Origin: the human T2T-CHM13v2.0 reference genome, Homo sapiens
Strand: one strand, 5' to 3'
Assembly: GCF_009914755.1 (NCBI RefSeq)
Contig: NC_060931.1
Length of the DNA: 64,000 bases
Part shown: positions 24,684-53,932 of the stretch, in pieces
How positions within the stretch are numbered: the stretch's first letter is position 1
Layout: the number at the start of each line of letters is the position of its first letter
Notes under the pieces: generated by a model
Databases searched by the model: none
Told to the model about the DNA's origin: nothing
Seen by the model: the letters and a program-made list of their open reading frames with translations, nothing else
Translations under genes and position numbers: made by a program

Positions 24684-26026
24684 TTTCTTGATTTTTAAAA
24701 ATTATTAAATAATCTTCTTTACATAAAAATATTTTAAGAACTAAAAATTTATTAATATTGTTTTTATTGCTTTTATTTGTCAAGTATTGTGTAAAATTTA
24801 TTAGGTTTTTATGTATTCCTTTTCTCCCTCAACTAGAATCCAAGCTTGAGGGAAAGACTATGTCCTAATGTAATGAGTGTTCAAATTCCCCTAAAATAGA
24901 CCTTTTGAGGGAAAGGGAAAAATAAAATAAAATAAAATAAAATAGTCCTTTACATAGTGAAGGTAATCAGTAAGCAGTTATTAGATCTGTCTGTTATAAA
25001 ACATTTTTTAGCAACAAAAAAGCATGCATTGTTGGTTGCTTTACATAAATGTCTCCAGCAACTACTTTGTGCTTAGCTACTAATCCACATATTTATAGCT
25101 CATTTTATTCTATGCCATATCGCCATGTTTACAAATCATCCTTTGGTTTTTATAGCCTATTTTATAGTTGCCTTTAAAATTTTGGTCTTTTGTAAAAGTC
25201 ATCCTATATTCTAAAAACAAAAATGACTTATGTTTGAGTAACAAATGTGTTTTAATTTATGAAAAGTCTTTCTTGCATCTTATATTTCCATATCATATTT
25301 ACTGAAGCTTGCATTTGAGTAGATTCTTATGATTTCTTTCTTTAGCAGAATTTTGCAGCTATTAAAATTAAAAAGCAAACTTTCAGTTTGAAATTAAACA
25401 TTGATCTTACGGAATGTATTTAATAGTAATCAAATATCTGTAAGCAAATGTTCCTCATAATTAAAGTATGCCGTTCTAAATCTTATCTGTTCTTGGGCAA
25501 TCTCACCACATATGAAAAAGATTACCTTTCATTCTGTCTTCACACTCCTTGATATTTGGATGAGTCAAAGGGTACATACATGTGAAGCAGTCCTACATTC
25601 TCTATCACTAGACTGAGTTGAAAGACTCTTTCGTGTTTCATGTAAATATCAGAACCAAATAAGATGGAATTTTTTAATCACCTCCTTCGTCGTTTCTTTC
25701 CTTACTTTCCTTCCTTTCCCCACCCCCACCAGTCTATCCCCAGTCATCTCTTCTTTCAAACTATCTCCAGATTAACAGTCAATCATATAACGTTCCTGCA
25801 TACAAGGTTTTAATGGTTCATCCATTGCCTGAATAAAGCCTAATGTCAATACTAAAAGGAGACACATGGTGAAGGATATTGACTATTGTCTGGCTTGTCA
25901 AGGTGACATTTGCCTTGTTGAAGTCATCATTTTTGTGGTACGTCTTCATTTGAATTATGTTTGTCAATTTGCTAAGAGCACCGGTTCTCACTAAAGTAAC
26001 GGAAGACTGACATGTAAACAACAATA

Positions 26027-26386
26027 CTGCTATGGTCTCAATATTTGTGTCTCCCAAAATTCATGTGTTGAAACCTAACCCTCAAGGTGATGTTATTAAG
26101 AGGAAGGGCCTTTTAGGAGTGATTAAGTCAGGAGGGCAGAGCCCTTATGGATGGAATTAATGCTGTTATATAAAAAAGGCCTCAGGAAGCTCAGTCCCTT
26201 CTACCATGTAAGGATGCAGCATAAAGATACCATCCATGAGAAAGCTGGCCTTCTTCACACACAGAGCCTGCCACTGCCTTGATCTCAGACTTCCCAGGCT
26301 CTGGAACTGTGAGTAATAAATTTTATTGTTTATAAGCTACCGAGTTTTAAGGTATTTTGTTATACCAGCCTGAACAGACTAAGACA
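26027..26386 (+). mobile_element. MLT1A-type MaLR LTR
   Basis: TGCTATGGTCTCAATATTTGTGTCTCCCAAAATTCATGTGTTGAAACC ... AATAAA ... GACTAAGACA. Confidence 0.85.
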
Positions 26387-26419
26387 AACACCAATGTATT
26401 TAAGTACAATAAGAAATTT

Positions 26420-26625
26420 GGCCAGACGTGGTGGGTCATGCCTGAAATACCAACACTTTGGGAGGCCAAGGTGGGACTACCACTTGAGCCCAGTTCAAGG
26501 AGGTCAGCCTGGGTAACATGGCAAGACTCTCTCAAAGGGGAGGGGAGGGGAGGGGAAGGGAGGGGAAGGGGAGGGGAGGGGAGGGGGAGAGAGAGGGGAG
26601 GGGAGGGGAAAAGAAAAGAAGGGAA
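26420..26625 (+). mobile_element. Alu left monomer with (GGGGA/GGGAA)n purine tail
   Basis: GGCCAGACGTGGTGGGTCATGCCTG...CTCTCAAA, then G/A-only tract 26536-26625. Confidence 0.8.
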
Positions 26626-26628
26626 GAA

Positions 26629-29189
<2,561 letters not shown>

Positions 29190-29319
29190 TTTGTTTAAAA
29201 ATTGTTAAGAATTTTGACATTGACAGAAGAACATCAAAACAAGTGCAGGGCCCTTCTGAGCTCATGGCCCTGTGTGACTGGCCACACATTCATAAAGCCA
29301 GCCTAAATATAAAACAATC

Positions 29320-29535
29320 CTGTAGTGCAAACTACCACCCACCATCTAAACCCAGCTTGCCCTCTGTTTCTCTAAATAAAGTTTTATTGGAGTGCAGCCA
29401 TGCTCATTGGTTTCATACATGGCTGTTTTGGTTCTACAAGAGGAGAGTTTTCCGTACATGCAACAGAGATTGTAAGGCCCACAAAGGCTAAAATATTTAC
29501 CATCTGGCTGTTTATAAAAGTTTGTTGCATCCTGC
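29320..29535 (+). mobile_element. MER58A-like hAT-Charlie DNA transposon
   Basis: AATAAAGTTTTATTGGA..GCAGCCATGCTCATT and GGCCCACAAAG.CTAAAATATTTAC.ATCTGG motifs. Confidence 0.75.
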
Positions 29536-30018
29536 TATAGTGTGTAATCTGTCAGTTCTTGCCCCATACTTGCTATTCTAAATGAGCACTCAGCCATCTA
29601 CAACGTGCTCCACTCTTCTCCTCGGAAACCATGTAGAGTCCACCTGGAGTCTATAGCTACAAATCAGAAGAATTTGGACACTGCTGACCTGCTCACAGAC
29701 TGAAATGCCAAGAATTTCTGTGGCACTGTAAGGACAGCAATAACTGTGAATTCTCCATGGGGAAGCCTGCAAAGCTATATGATCTCTTCTACCCGAATCT
29801 CTTGTGTACCTGAGGTTTCTCACCACGCTACCACAAAACAATATACAGCTGCCAACTCCCAGTCAGCAACTTGCCTGGAGTCTTACGTTCCCCTCATAAA
29901 GGACAGGTCTCAAGGATTGCTCTTCTTGACTGGCTATTAATAAAGTCTCTAAAATCCTCTAGCACCATGTCTGGCATATCTGCCTCCCACCTAAATTCCC
30001 CTGGACCAGGTGCCCATG

Positions 30019-30555
30019 TGCTATGGTCTGAATGTCTGTCCCCTCCGAAACTCATGTTGAAATTTAATTACCATTGTAACAATATCAAAAGATGGGATCT
30101 TATTTTTATTTTTTTAATTTTAATTTTAATTTTTTTTAGACACAGTGTCTCACTATGTCATCCTGGCTAGAGTGCAGTAGCATAATCATGGTTCACTGCA
30201 GCCTCAACATAGGCTCAAGAGATCCTCCTGCCTCAGCCTCCTGAAGAAGTGATACCTTCAAGAAGTGATTAGGTCATGAAGGTTCTACCTTCCTGAATGG
30301 ATTAATGCCATTATCTCAAGAGTGGGCTTGTCATGGCAGGAGTGTGCTCATTATACAAGGGCAAGTTCACTCCGCTTTCTTCCCCCTCTTCCCCGCTTGC
30401 CTTCTGCCATATGATGACATAGCAAGAAGGCCCTCACCAGATGCCTGCCCCTTGATATTGAACTTTCCAGCCTCCAAAACTGTGAGCCAATAAATTTCTG
30501 TGTATTATAAGTTGCCCAGTCTCAGACATTCTGTTATCACAGCACAAAAGACTAT
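30019..30555 (+). mobile_element. MST-type MaLR LTR with Alu monomer (-, ~30100-30243)
   Basis: TGCTATGGTCTGAATGTCTGTCCC...; GCAAGAAGGCCCTCACCAGATG; CCAATAAATTTCTG. Confidence 0.8.
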
Positions 30556-31091
30556 GTAACCTTAATACCTGGGCTAGGTCCTATTAGGACTTTAAGGATC
30601 ATAGTTTACTCTGAAGGCTAGCTATCTAGTCAGCCTGCTATAGTTTCATGGATGCTAGTAGAAGACATGAGACATCTGGGTCAGAAATAAAGGACTGTTT
30701 ATTACTTACAACAATAGCAATAGCCAAAGTAACAGCATTTTGGAACCAGTTCCCCAAGCCTCAGTTTCCACAGGGTGACACAAGCGCCAGTTGATGTCTG
30801 CACAGGCAGTGAGTTCTGTTACAGGAAAAGCACCCTGAGCTTGGAAAAAGAATCCTATTATAATGGGCTATATAGCACACTTGTCCTTAGCCCTAGAAGG
30901 AAAGATTATTTTACTACACTGGATAGTAAGCAAACTTGTTCTTTTGCTATGAAGGGAAACACTATCTCTATCCTTCAAGACAGTTTGCTATATAAATGTC
31001 CTCTAAAGACAGATTAGAACAAAAGGCAGTCAGTGCCCTGGTTGCAAAATGTGCAGAAATGCAAGAAATTCTTGGAGAATTGTCTCTCAAC
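30556..31091. mobile_element. Probable old ERV solo LTR (family not assigned)
   Basis: TGTAACC...CTCTCAACA termini, ~535 bp, TTTATT near left end. Confidence 0.5.
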
Positions 31092-33208
31092 AGCCTCCAT
31101 ATGGACTTGGTCCTTTATGGTGACTCTTCCCTCTCACTCCTATAGCTATAAATGAGCCCCTTTTTTCCTGTGAGCAAGCTGGAGTTTTGCTAATGATCTT
31201 CTCCCAGGTTTGAGTCCTTCTTTTCTAGTTTGCAGATTTATACTGGGCACTTTAGAGAAATATACCCTACCCATCGCATTGCCCCCAAACCAATATATAA
31301 CTAAATGGTCTCTCATGTTTTGTGACTTTTCAAGTAGAATTTTATCAATTGTTTTTGTGTATATATAGCCATACAACTTAGGTATCACGATATGTTTAAA
31401 GCACTTAGCCATTTCCTCCCCCCAACCATTCACCATGTTCTTCCCAAATTCTTAAAGCTGTGTATGTGTATAATGCTACAAAAAATATGATATTAAACTC
31501 AAATGCCAGGGCATTCCAGCCATCATACATAAATGTTAGAGATTATTACTGGAATCATGTTTAGAATGTACCATGTAAGGAGTCTATTGTGCAAATGAGA
31601 GACTAAACGGAGTGGATAAAACGGAAAAGGAAGAGGAATCAGGAACTCATTCCAAACAAAAACATCATCCAGAGGAAACAGGATAAGCCTGTCCAGACAC
31701 AGGAAGCTATAACGAGGAAGGAAAAGCAATTCTCAGAACAGATGGGCGGAAACTGAGCAACTAACAGAGGTGGAGCCATGTTTATTTGAGAAAGTGTATT
31801 CTGAGATTTGGGGGTTGAACAGAATCTGTGCTTATTCCCCATAGCTCCTGGATCTATAATGATGCTATATGTGGATACTGAACTGGCATGCATGAGCTCC
31901 TGTAAACGATCAAGCTATTTCTTAAACCTATAATTCTCTGTCACTTGTAACTTCCTGTCTTTTGAAAAATACATGTATGTTTTTATTTGAATGGATACTA
32001 ACTTGATTAATTCGTTTCCTAAATATTTGAATTTCTAGAGAACTGTGAAAGTTTATGGAGATGATTGAAAAGGATATTGAAATCAGGTCTATCCCAGAAA
32101 ATATAGGACAGATGGTTATGGGGCATTAAAAAAAGAGAACTGTTAAGCCTACAATCCAGCATCCTATTGTCTGCTGTATTTTTTAAAAGCTTGCAGAGTA
32201 AAGCATATGTTATTGTTTCATCTCTTTTGATACAAGTAAATTCCTTCAAACACATACAATTAAAAATAATCCACTCTCAAGTAAATTGTATGTCTATGTG
32301 AATAAAAATGCAATCCCTTGTAGATGAGTTTTATGTTTCCCAGCTGTCCATGAGATTATTATGTATCATAAATTATATACTCTGTACTCTGCATTCCTTT
32401 GCAGCTACAAATGAAAAGATTTAGGCTTTTTTTAAATTTCTTACTGAAGTAAAGACCTCACTAATTATTCATCAGCTATAAAGACTTTATAATTGTTCAA
32501 TATTTTGAAGCATTTGTGCACATAAACTAACCCTCATTTTAATAGTTTATTCATCTAACTGCTTTAATAAAGATAGAGTACCTCTTTTTTTCATACTCTA
32601 AACATCAAATGCAATCTTTTCAAAACAACTAGAATCATTGATTTTGAGAGCTGAACAATATTTCATTTTCTCAAGGTAAATAAAAAAACTGAGTCTCAGT
32701 GATTGCCTAAGAATCATATTCCCACAAGATCTGCCCAGCTAGAAGTGCATTAAAACCATTTTTTCAGACCCTTAAGCGTTCATGCTCTTTCTATAACATG
32801 CAGATTTTTCTCTTCATGATTCTTATAGGGAATTGATTCTAAATTTATTCAATTTATTAGTGCTCAGACAGATGTTTGTATATCTCTTATAACATGACCA
32901 CTGGGCGTTGCTTTTTTTGATTCTTTAGTTATCTAGGATTTTATTCTGTATTACTATTCCAGATGAATATTTTAAATCCTTAATTTATTCTTGTAATAAA
33001 AGATAGGCTTTTCTTTGGGGGCAAGTCCATTTTTCAAGCTAAACTGTGGAAAGCTGGAACTCCAAACCAAACATAAATTAAAATTTAAATTTAACCGTGT
33101 TGTGATGCCAACGAACCACTGATGGTTTTCAAAGTCTTCACGAAGGCTGGTAGAAAAACTTCACAGTGAATGAATTTTATTACTTCTGACTATAACGTCC
33201 CTACCTAG

Positions 33209-33613
<405 letters not shown>

Positions 33614-33878
33614 TAGTTTCATCTCTTCATTATTCTTGTTCAATTAGGCCCCCTGGATACCTTAATTTTTTTCTTGGATCACAAATTCTTTTGTGGAATT
33701 CTTTGCAAATAAAATTTCTACTTTCTGTAGAAAGAACGCTTATGGTGTAAAGTCTCTGTGCTCCGCAGTGTTGGTGGCTATAAGGATTTCTTGCCATGTC
33801 CAATGCGTAGGCTTTTCCCAAAAGGCTTATGCTGTGGCTCCCTTCCACGTGTTCACATTGCCATCATAAGGCACAACT

Positions 33879-34266
33879 GGCCAGGCACGGTGGCTCACGC
33901 CTGTAATCCCAGCACTTTGGGAGACCAAGGCAGGCAGATCACTTGAGGTCAGGGGTTCGAGACCAGCCTGGCCAACATGGTGAAACCCCATTTCTACTAA
34001 AAATACAAAGATTAGCCAGGCATGGTGGCGCACACCTGGAGTCCCAGCTACTCGGGAAGCTGAGGCAGGAGAATCCCTTGAACCCAGGAGGCAACTAAAT
34101 TCCTTCAACACATATAATTAAAAAATAATCCACTCTCAAGTAAATTGTAGTCTATGTGAATAAAAATGCAATCCCTTGTAGATGAGTTTGCAGAGGTTGC
34201 AGTGAGCCGAGATCATGCCACTGCACTCCAGCCTGGGTGACAGAGTGAGACTGTCTCAAAAATACA

Positions 34267-34296
<30 letters not shown>
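33879..34296 (+). mobile_element. AluS with ~96-bp templated insertion (34094-34189) and (CATA)n tail
   Basis: Alu resumes at GCAGAGGTTGCAGTG after foreign DNA matching 32233-32331; TSD GGCACAACT. Confidence 0.93.
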
Positions 34297-34297
<1 letters not shown>

Positions 34298-34352
34298 GGC
34301 ACAACTGTGTCTGTCTTCCATTAGCACTTTTTTTGGGAGGAATTGCCATATG

Positions 34353-35305
<953 letters not shown>

Positions 35306-35490
35306 TCTTCCATTAGAATTTCATCCATGGTTAAAATGGACAAACTTTTCCTGTAATGGCCTTAAAGTAAGCAGTAGAATTTTATAATTTTATTTTATAT
35401 TTATATTATTTATAAACTATCTTTTCCTCCAAATATATTTACTAACTATAGGACTTTTTTACCAGTTAAAATTTTGTGTCCATCAGTTTA

Positions 35491-37430
<1,940 letters not shown>

Positions 37431-37450
37431 CTAAAGATACATAGAATAGC

Positions 37451-38354
<904 letters not shown>

Positions 38355-38409
38355 ACACAATTCATCCCATAACAAATGGTATACCATATATGGAAAAAAA
38401 ATACCATAT

Positions 38410-38922
<513 letters not shown>

Positions 38923-39159
38923 TAGAGGCTACAGTAGGCTATGATTGTGCCACTGCACTCCCGCGTGGTGACAGAGCAAGACCCTGTCTCCAAAAACAAA
39001 CAACAACAACAAAAAATACACCTAACTGATAAATTAGTTACTATTGCTGGTGGTAGAAGATCATATTGGTGGATTTTAGTATTTTAGCCTTTAGCTTTGT
39101 TGGCAATGTTCACATTTTTACAAGATAATGAATTACCAGAATAATTTTTCAAAAATCAT

Positions 39160-39270
39160 GGCTGGTCCAATGATAGTGGGTTATCAGAACTTATTAACAT
39201 TAGTGTAACTAAAGTTGGTAGATAATCCCCCCTGCTAAATTTGACTGGCTAAATAAATAAAAATAAAAAT
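39160..39270 (+). pseudogene. RNY4: Y RNA (hY4) retropseudogene
   Basis: GGCTGGTCCAATGATAGTGGGTTATCAGAACTTATTAACATTAGTGT.ACTAAAGTTGGTA...CTGCTAAATTTGACTGGCT matches hY4; A-rich tail 39251-39270; TSD AAAAATCAT at 39151-39159 and 39271-39279. Confidence 0.95.
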
Positions 39271-39612
39271 AAAAATCATACAATCCAGAAAGATGTTAAT
39301 TAAAAACAATAGAATGCTTCCCTACACTTCTTGACCTCTTAGTTCCATTTCCAGAGGAAATCACTTAAAAAAAAAAGTTTTTAGAGAAGAAGTCTCACTA
39401 TGTTGCCCCATCTAGATTCAAACTGCTAAGCTCAAGGGATTCTCCACTTCAGCCTCCCCCACGTAGCTGGGACAGCAGGTGCATGCCACCATGTCCAACT
39501 GGGAGCCAGTTTTTAACTCTTAGTAGTTATCTCCATTGATCTAAATAACATACTTCAGGAGATAATAATAATACCCAACTCCTAGGACTTATTGAGAGAA
39601 GTAAATGAACTA

Positions 39613-39941
<329 letters not shown>

Positions 39942-40456
39942 TTAGAACTGCTCTTGACACATTAATACTTAATATAGATTGGTTATTACTACTTTCATTA
40001 ATTATTATTTTGTCATCTATCAATTTTAGTCAATTACCTATTGATTTCAGCAGTGATAACTGAGGATTTGGGGCTCTGATACCACTCCCTCCTCTCTCTC
40101 ACCTTCTCAATTCATTTGCCTTTTCAACTACTCATTAACTCTTTTGGAGGTCTCCTGAGTTGTTCTAATTCTCCCATTGTTTCAGCTTCAAACTCACCAG
40201 TATCTAACCAAATGAATCTTGTCAGAATTGCTGCACTGAAATTTGGAAGAGAATCTGGTTGCATTGATCGTGGAGAAGTGATTTTTAATTTCTTGCTGAA
40301 CTGGTCCCTTTCTTGATTATCTTTCTTGGCCTTTCCTTTTGTCAATCAGCCCATTGCAATCTGGCGTATTACTGTGCTTCTCGTCTAATATGCTTCTCTC
40401 CAGCTTCTAGAGGTCCAGTTTCAGATGCTGACCTAACTAATACTGTCACTCTTCCA

Positions 40457-40824
<368 letters not shown>

Positions 40825-41921
40825 TAATGGTATGAGTCTTACCAAGTTAGAGCTCACTGAGAAAGCCAGCTCTCAACCCACATGTCATCTCATGTGCTAG
40901 CTAATGAACTTGATGTCACCAAATTAACTGGCATGTCAACTTCCCTTTGGGTTGCACTCTGCTTGTGACTTTCATTACACCTATCACCATCCTGACTGCA
41001 GGGTTAACCTGCTTCCAAGTTAACTCTCTAGAGCAAGAAAAAGAATGCTTTTTCTGGCTTCCCTCAGATGGAATTGAAACAGACCAAAAATTTTAAAAAT
41101 ACTTTATTGAATGATAAAACAGAAATGCACATAGAATATGAGACATATCAGTGGTCTGGCTCACAAAGAAGAGATATCATATCTTGCAAGCCAGGGTTTC
41201 ATATGCCTTTTGTATCCAGTCTGATAAACTTCCTTCCCCCTAAGTGAATACCGTTAAGTGGTCTTAAAATAGCTTCTCATACACGAACTGAGTTTGCCCA
41301 TAGTAAACCTCCAGTAGTGTGATATTCTAATACAATAACTGTATACTAGAATTACCCACAAAGGGTAAGAGGGAGGAACAAATAGTTTTTCTTTCACTGT
41401 GCATATCTCAAGTTAAAAGAACAATATCAAGGTAAGACAGTGTCTGCTACACAATGCACAGAGACCTTGGTTTCTGTGGGGCTGAAATCATGGACATTTC
41501 TATCACCTAGTAAGGAAACAAAGGTTGTGGAGAAGCAGCTGGTCCAGAAGAAACAGAACACAGCTTAGCATTACATGATCTAGATTCTACTAATTGTTCT
41601 TCCAATTATTCAACTAGAGCTCTTTGTCCTTGGAAAAGTGAACTTTTCTGAATCTCAGTTTCCTTATCTAAAGAGTGAGCATACCAATATTTACACTACT
41701 TATCTCTCAGTGTTGTTCAAACAATTGTTAAGGTAACAATTTATTGTAAGCAGAGTCAAAGTTTACTTCAGTCTTGCTCGAGGGAACTTGAAGAAAGTTC
41801 ATAGATTTCTTTCATAGACTCTTTGTCTGATACTCATGGGTAGCTAGATAACATTTTTAGACTAAGTACAAGGAAAACTATCTTGGTACAGGTTATTGGG
41901 CTCCTCATGTGCACGTTACTG

Positions 41922-42280
41922 TTTTTTTTTATTATTATACTTTAGGTTCTAGGGTACATGTGCACAATGTGCAGGTTTGTTACATATGTATACACGTGCC
42001 ATGTTGCTGTGCTGCACCCATTAACTCGTCATTTACATTAGGTATTCCTCCTAATGCTATCCCTCCCCCCACCCCCGACCCCATGACAGGCCCTGGTGTG
42101 TGATCTTCCCCACCCTGTGTCCAAGTGTTCTCATTGTTCAGTTCCCACCTATGAGTGAGAACATGCTGTGTTTGGTTTTCTGTCCTTGGGATAGTTTGCT
42201 CAGAGTGATGGTTTCCAGCTTCATCCATGTCCCTAAAAAGGACATGAATTCATCCTTTTTTATGGCTGCATAGTATTCCA
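41922..42280 (-). mobile_element. L1PA 3' end (5'-truncated primate L1)
   Basis: TTATTATACTTTAGGTTCTAGGGTACATGTGCACAATGTGCAGGTTTG...CCCACCTATGAGTGAGAACATG; TSD GCACGTTACT / GCAAGTTACT. Confidence 0.95.
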
Positions 42281-42363
42281 GCAAGTTACTCTTTACAAAA
42301 CTGTGTGTGGAGATCTAACAACCCATGAAGAACCCTATTATAAGACATTGTATTGTGGTTCAA

Positions 42364-42888
<525 letters not shown>

Positions 42889-42889
42889 C

Positions 42890-43268
42890 CTGGCCCAGTT
42901 TTCCCATAGAACTAAAGCTTGAGAAACTTACATTTGTCTTAACTGAGTTCCTTTCTCAGGAAACTGACTATCAGGGCTTTCAGATAGGATCAAGGAACTG
43001 AAGTGTTCCAGATCATCATACCAAGACAATGAGACACCTGTTGGCCAACTCCTCTTCCTCATCCCTTCCTAATTCCTATTTGCCTTCCCCACTATATAAA
43101 CCCCAAACTTTAGTTGGTTAGGAGATGGATTTGAGACTTGTCTCCTATCTTTAGGCTGATGTCACCCAAAAGAAAGCCTTTCTCCCTGTCAATATTTGTT
43201 GTCACAGGGATTGGCTTTCTGTAAGGTGAACAACCAGACCTACACCAAACCCCTGGCGTTCAGCAACA
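42890..43268 (+). mobile_element. ERV1 LTR 3' portion (family uncertain)
   Basis: TATATAAA at ~43093 and LTR-like end CCCTGGCGTTCAGCAACA. Confidence 0.55.
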
Positions 43269-43400
43269 TGATAGCCTGTACCTGTCACCTTGCTTCAAAG
43301 GTTATCAACACATAACCAATCTTACTGATATACACTCCTATCTATTCCACCACCCCAAATGGATTATTTTAAAGCAACTTCCAAATTTCACCTATAGGTA

Positions 43401-46530
<3,130 letters not shown>

Positions 46531-46533
46531 AGT

Positions 46534-49140
<2,607 letters not shown>

Positions 49141-49236
49141 AATAAGAGTCTATCTGAAAATTGCTCAAAACATTTTCTTAGAAATGCTGGATACTTCACA
49201 GAAGAAGGTTTAATTACATCATATAAGAAAAGCTTG

Positions 49237-49970
<734 letters not shown>

Positions 49971-50239
49971 ATACATAAGCAGCAGTTCTGCTCTAAACCC
50001 TTTTTTTCTCAAACTTGAGACAATGTTACTTCTCATGGAGTAAGCTATTTTACAAATTAATTAAAGAGCTGTACAAAATTTATGCTTATTATAATTAGGA
50101 ATAGTCCTAAAGTAAGGAGTGAGAAGCAGGATAGAGCTTATGAATACATTTTGGGGATTAGATACAGAACCCAATTTTTTGCCCAGCATTTGGACTAATG
50201 CTTTGGTTCCCCGCTTCCTTCTTTTTTATTGATTGATTT

Positions 50240-50450
50240 TAAAATACTTCAGTTTTTAAGAGCAGTTTTAGATTCACAGCAAAATTGGTGAAAGTTTCAG
50301 AGATTTCCCATATACTCCCTACCCCTACACATGTATAGATTCCCCCATATCAACATCCCACACCATCATGGTACATTTGATGAACTTACATTGACATGTT
50401 ATTATCACCCAAAGTTCATAGTTTATATTACAGTTCATTCTTGGTTGCTT
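50240..50450 (-). mobile_element. L1M 3'UTR fragment
   Basis: GAGCAGTTTTAGATTCACAGCAAAATTG...AGAGATTTCCCATATAC...TTATCACCCAAAG. Confidence 0.75.
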
Positions 50451-50894
50451 TGACATTTTATTTATTAAAATATTTTGCTTGATTAAAAAAAAGAGCTGTT
50501 TACTGGAAAAGCAGAAAAATGCATAGAAGAAAACAAAATCACCTGTATCTCACTCAGGGAAAAACCACGGAAACATTTTCATATATACACTTCCAGGTCT
50601 TTCTTTCCATCCTTGCTTCCTTCCTTGCTTCCCTCCTTGCTTCTTTTTTTTTTTTTTTTTTTTTCCATAAGTTAGTTCTTCACCTATTTATCTGGGACAT
50701 ATCCTATATTGTCCTATATTGTGTCCTATATATCCTATATTGTGTTCCAACAGGACAGTCTTAAAAGCTATGTAGCATTTCAATTCATAGATATAACTAT
50801 TTAAGCAAACTCTCAGTACTGGTTTATTGATTGTTTCTAGTTTTTTGGCTATTAAACTATTGCTGTAATTTTTTAAAAACCCTCTATACATGCT

Positions 50895-52014
<1,120 letters not shown>

Positions 52015-52455
52015 GTAATAGGAGGCAGTAACTACCAGTCATACAGCTAATGGCTTCTAGAGAGGCTAAGGCTAAGTGGATATCACTTTCCATTTCCAAG
52101 GAATGGGTGCTCACCAGTGTAAGAGACAAACTGGATTCATTCATTGTATAATTTAGAAAATATATATATACTTGAAGCTCTAAAAAGTTCTGAAATCCAC
52201 TATTCCAGTAGAAAGCAAGGCTTCAAATTGCGTATTTTACTATCGAATCTCATCTGGAGTGATTCAACTCAAATATTTATGAGCAATGAATAATGAATTG
52301 AGTGTAATAACTAGTTATTTCTCTCAATGATTGATACTTATATGAAAGAAGAAAAATGTTCAAGAGGTAAAGTGTGATTGGACCTCATGATCTCAATATG
52401 AATTTTGACCCTTATGGAATAAGTTGTGGAAAATCATGGTTTTAAAATAACTTCA

Positions 52456-52625
52456 CGGTGGAAGGAGAGAGAGAGGATCAGAAAACATACCTATCAGGTA
52501 CTATGTTTAGTACCTGGGTGATGAAATAACCTGTACACCAAACCCCTGACATGAGTTTACCTATATAACAAAACTGCACGTGCAACCCTGAACCCAAAAG
52601 TTAAAAAATAGATAAATAAAATAAA
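52456..52625 (+). mobile_element. L1P 3' end fragment
   Basis: TACCTGGGTGATGAAATAA.CTGTACACCAAACCC...TTTACCTATATAACAAA.CTGCAC. Confidence 0.8.
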
Positions 52626-52728
52626 ATAACTTATCTTTTTACTTTGAGGTAGAACTGGTGTTGGGGAAAGAGTTTGAAGTAATAAAAAAAATTATTTTGT
52701 TTTATTTTATTTTAATAAAACAGAGTCT

Positions 52729-53273
<545 letters not shown>

Positions 53274-53355
53274 TGAGATGGTCACCCCCTAAAAGTCTAA
53301 TGAGGAGACCATTGATCATAATACAATGTAAGTTACACTGGAGTTCTGAAAAGGA

Positions 53356-53858
53356 TGTTGGAAATAAGAGCTTGGAGCCACAGAGAGAATGAACACTCAG
53401 ACTAAGGATTTCTCAGCAAGGCAAATTTACTTCTGCAGAAGGGTGCTGCCTGCATCAGTCACAAGCCCAAGAGCACACCAAACAAAGAAGGGAAGGGATT
53501 GTTATCTCTAATGCAGTTAGTCCCTGTTGCTGTGTCCTGCTCTCATTGGCTGGGGCTGGACTGCACAATCTAAACTAATCCCGGCTGGCTATTTTAAATG
53601 GAGCAGGGGTGTGGGTTACAGCAGTGGGGTGAGCAGTTTTGGCGGGAAGAATACTTTTGGTGGGAAGGACAGTTACAGGCAGGGCAGGTAACCAAGGGAA
53701 CAGGTGTGAATCAGATTAGAACTGGCGGGAATGTTGTTTACCATAACTAGGGACAAGGAGGCACAAAGAATGAGGAAGTTAGGCTCTGAAAATAGAGAAC
53801 AAAGAACAAGGAAGCTGAACAAGCTGATTCTTTGAAGAGGAACTCCCTGCACCTAATA
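53356..53858 (-). mobile_element. LTR10-family solo LTR of another subfamily (LTR10B/C/E-like)
   Basis: Shares TCTCAGCAAGGCAA..TTACTTCT..AGAAGGGTG, ATTGGCT.GGG.T.GACTGCACA..CTAAACTAAT and ATTCTTTGAAGAG blocks with the other LTR10 copies; perfect TSD AGGA. Confidence 0.8.
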
Positions 53859-53932
53859 AGGAGAATTCCAATTCTTTTGGGAAGTCAAGTTAGGAGAGGT
53901 GGTGAGGCTACTTCAGAAACACCCTACGACTT

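Noticed and set aside
50690-50745. Short (CCTATAT)n-like repeats
   Set aside because: Ordinary slippage low-complexity sequence with no further structure.
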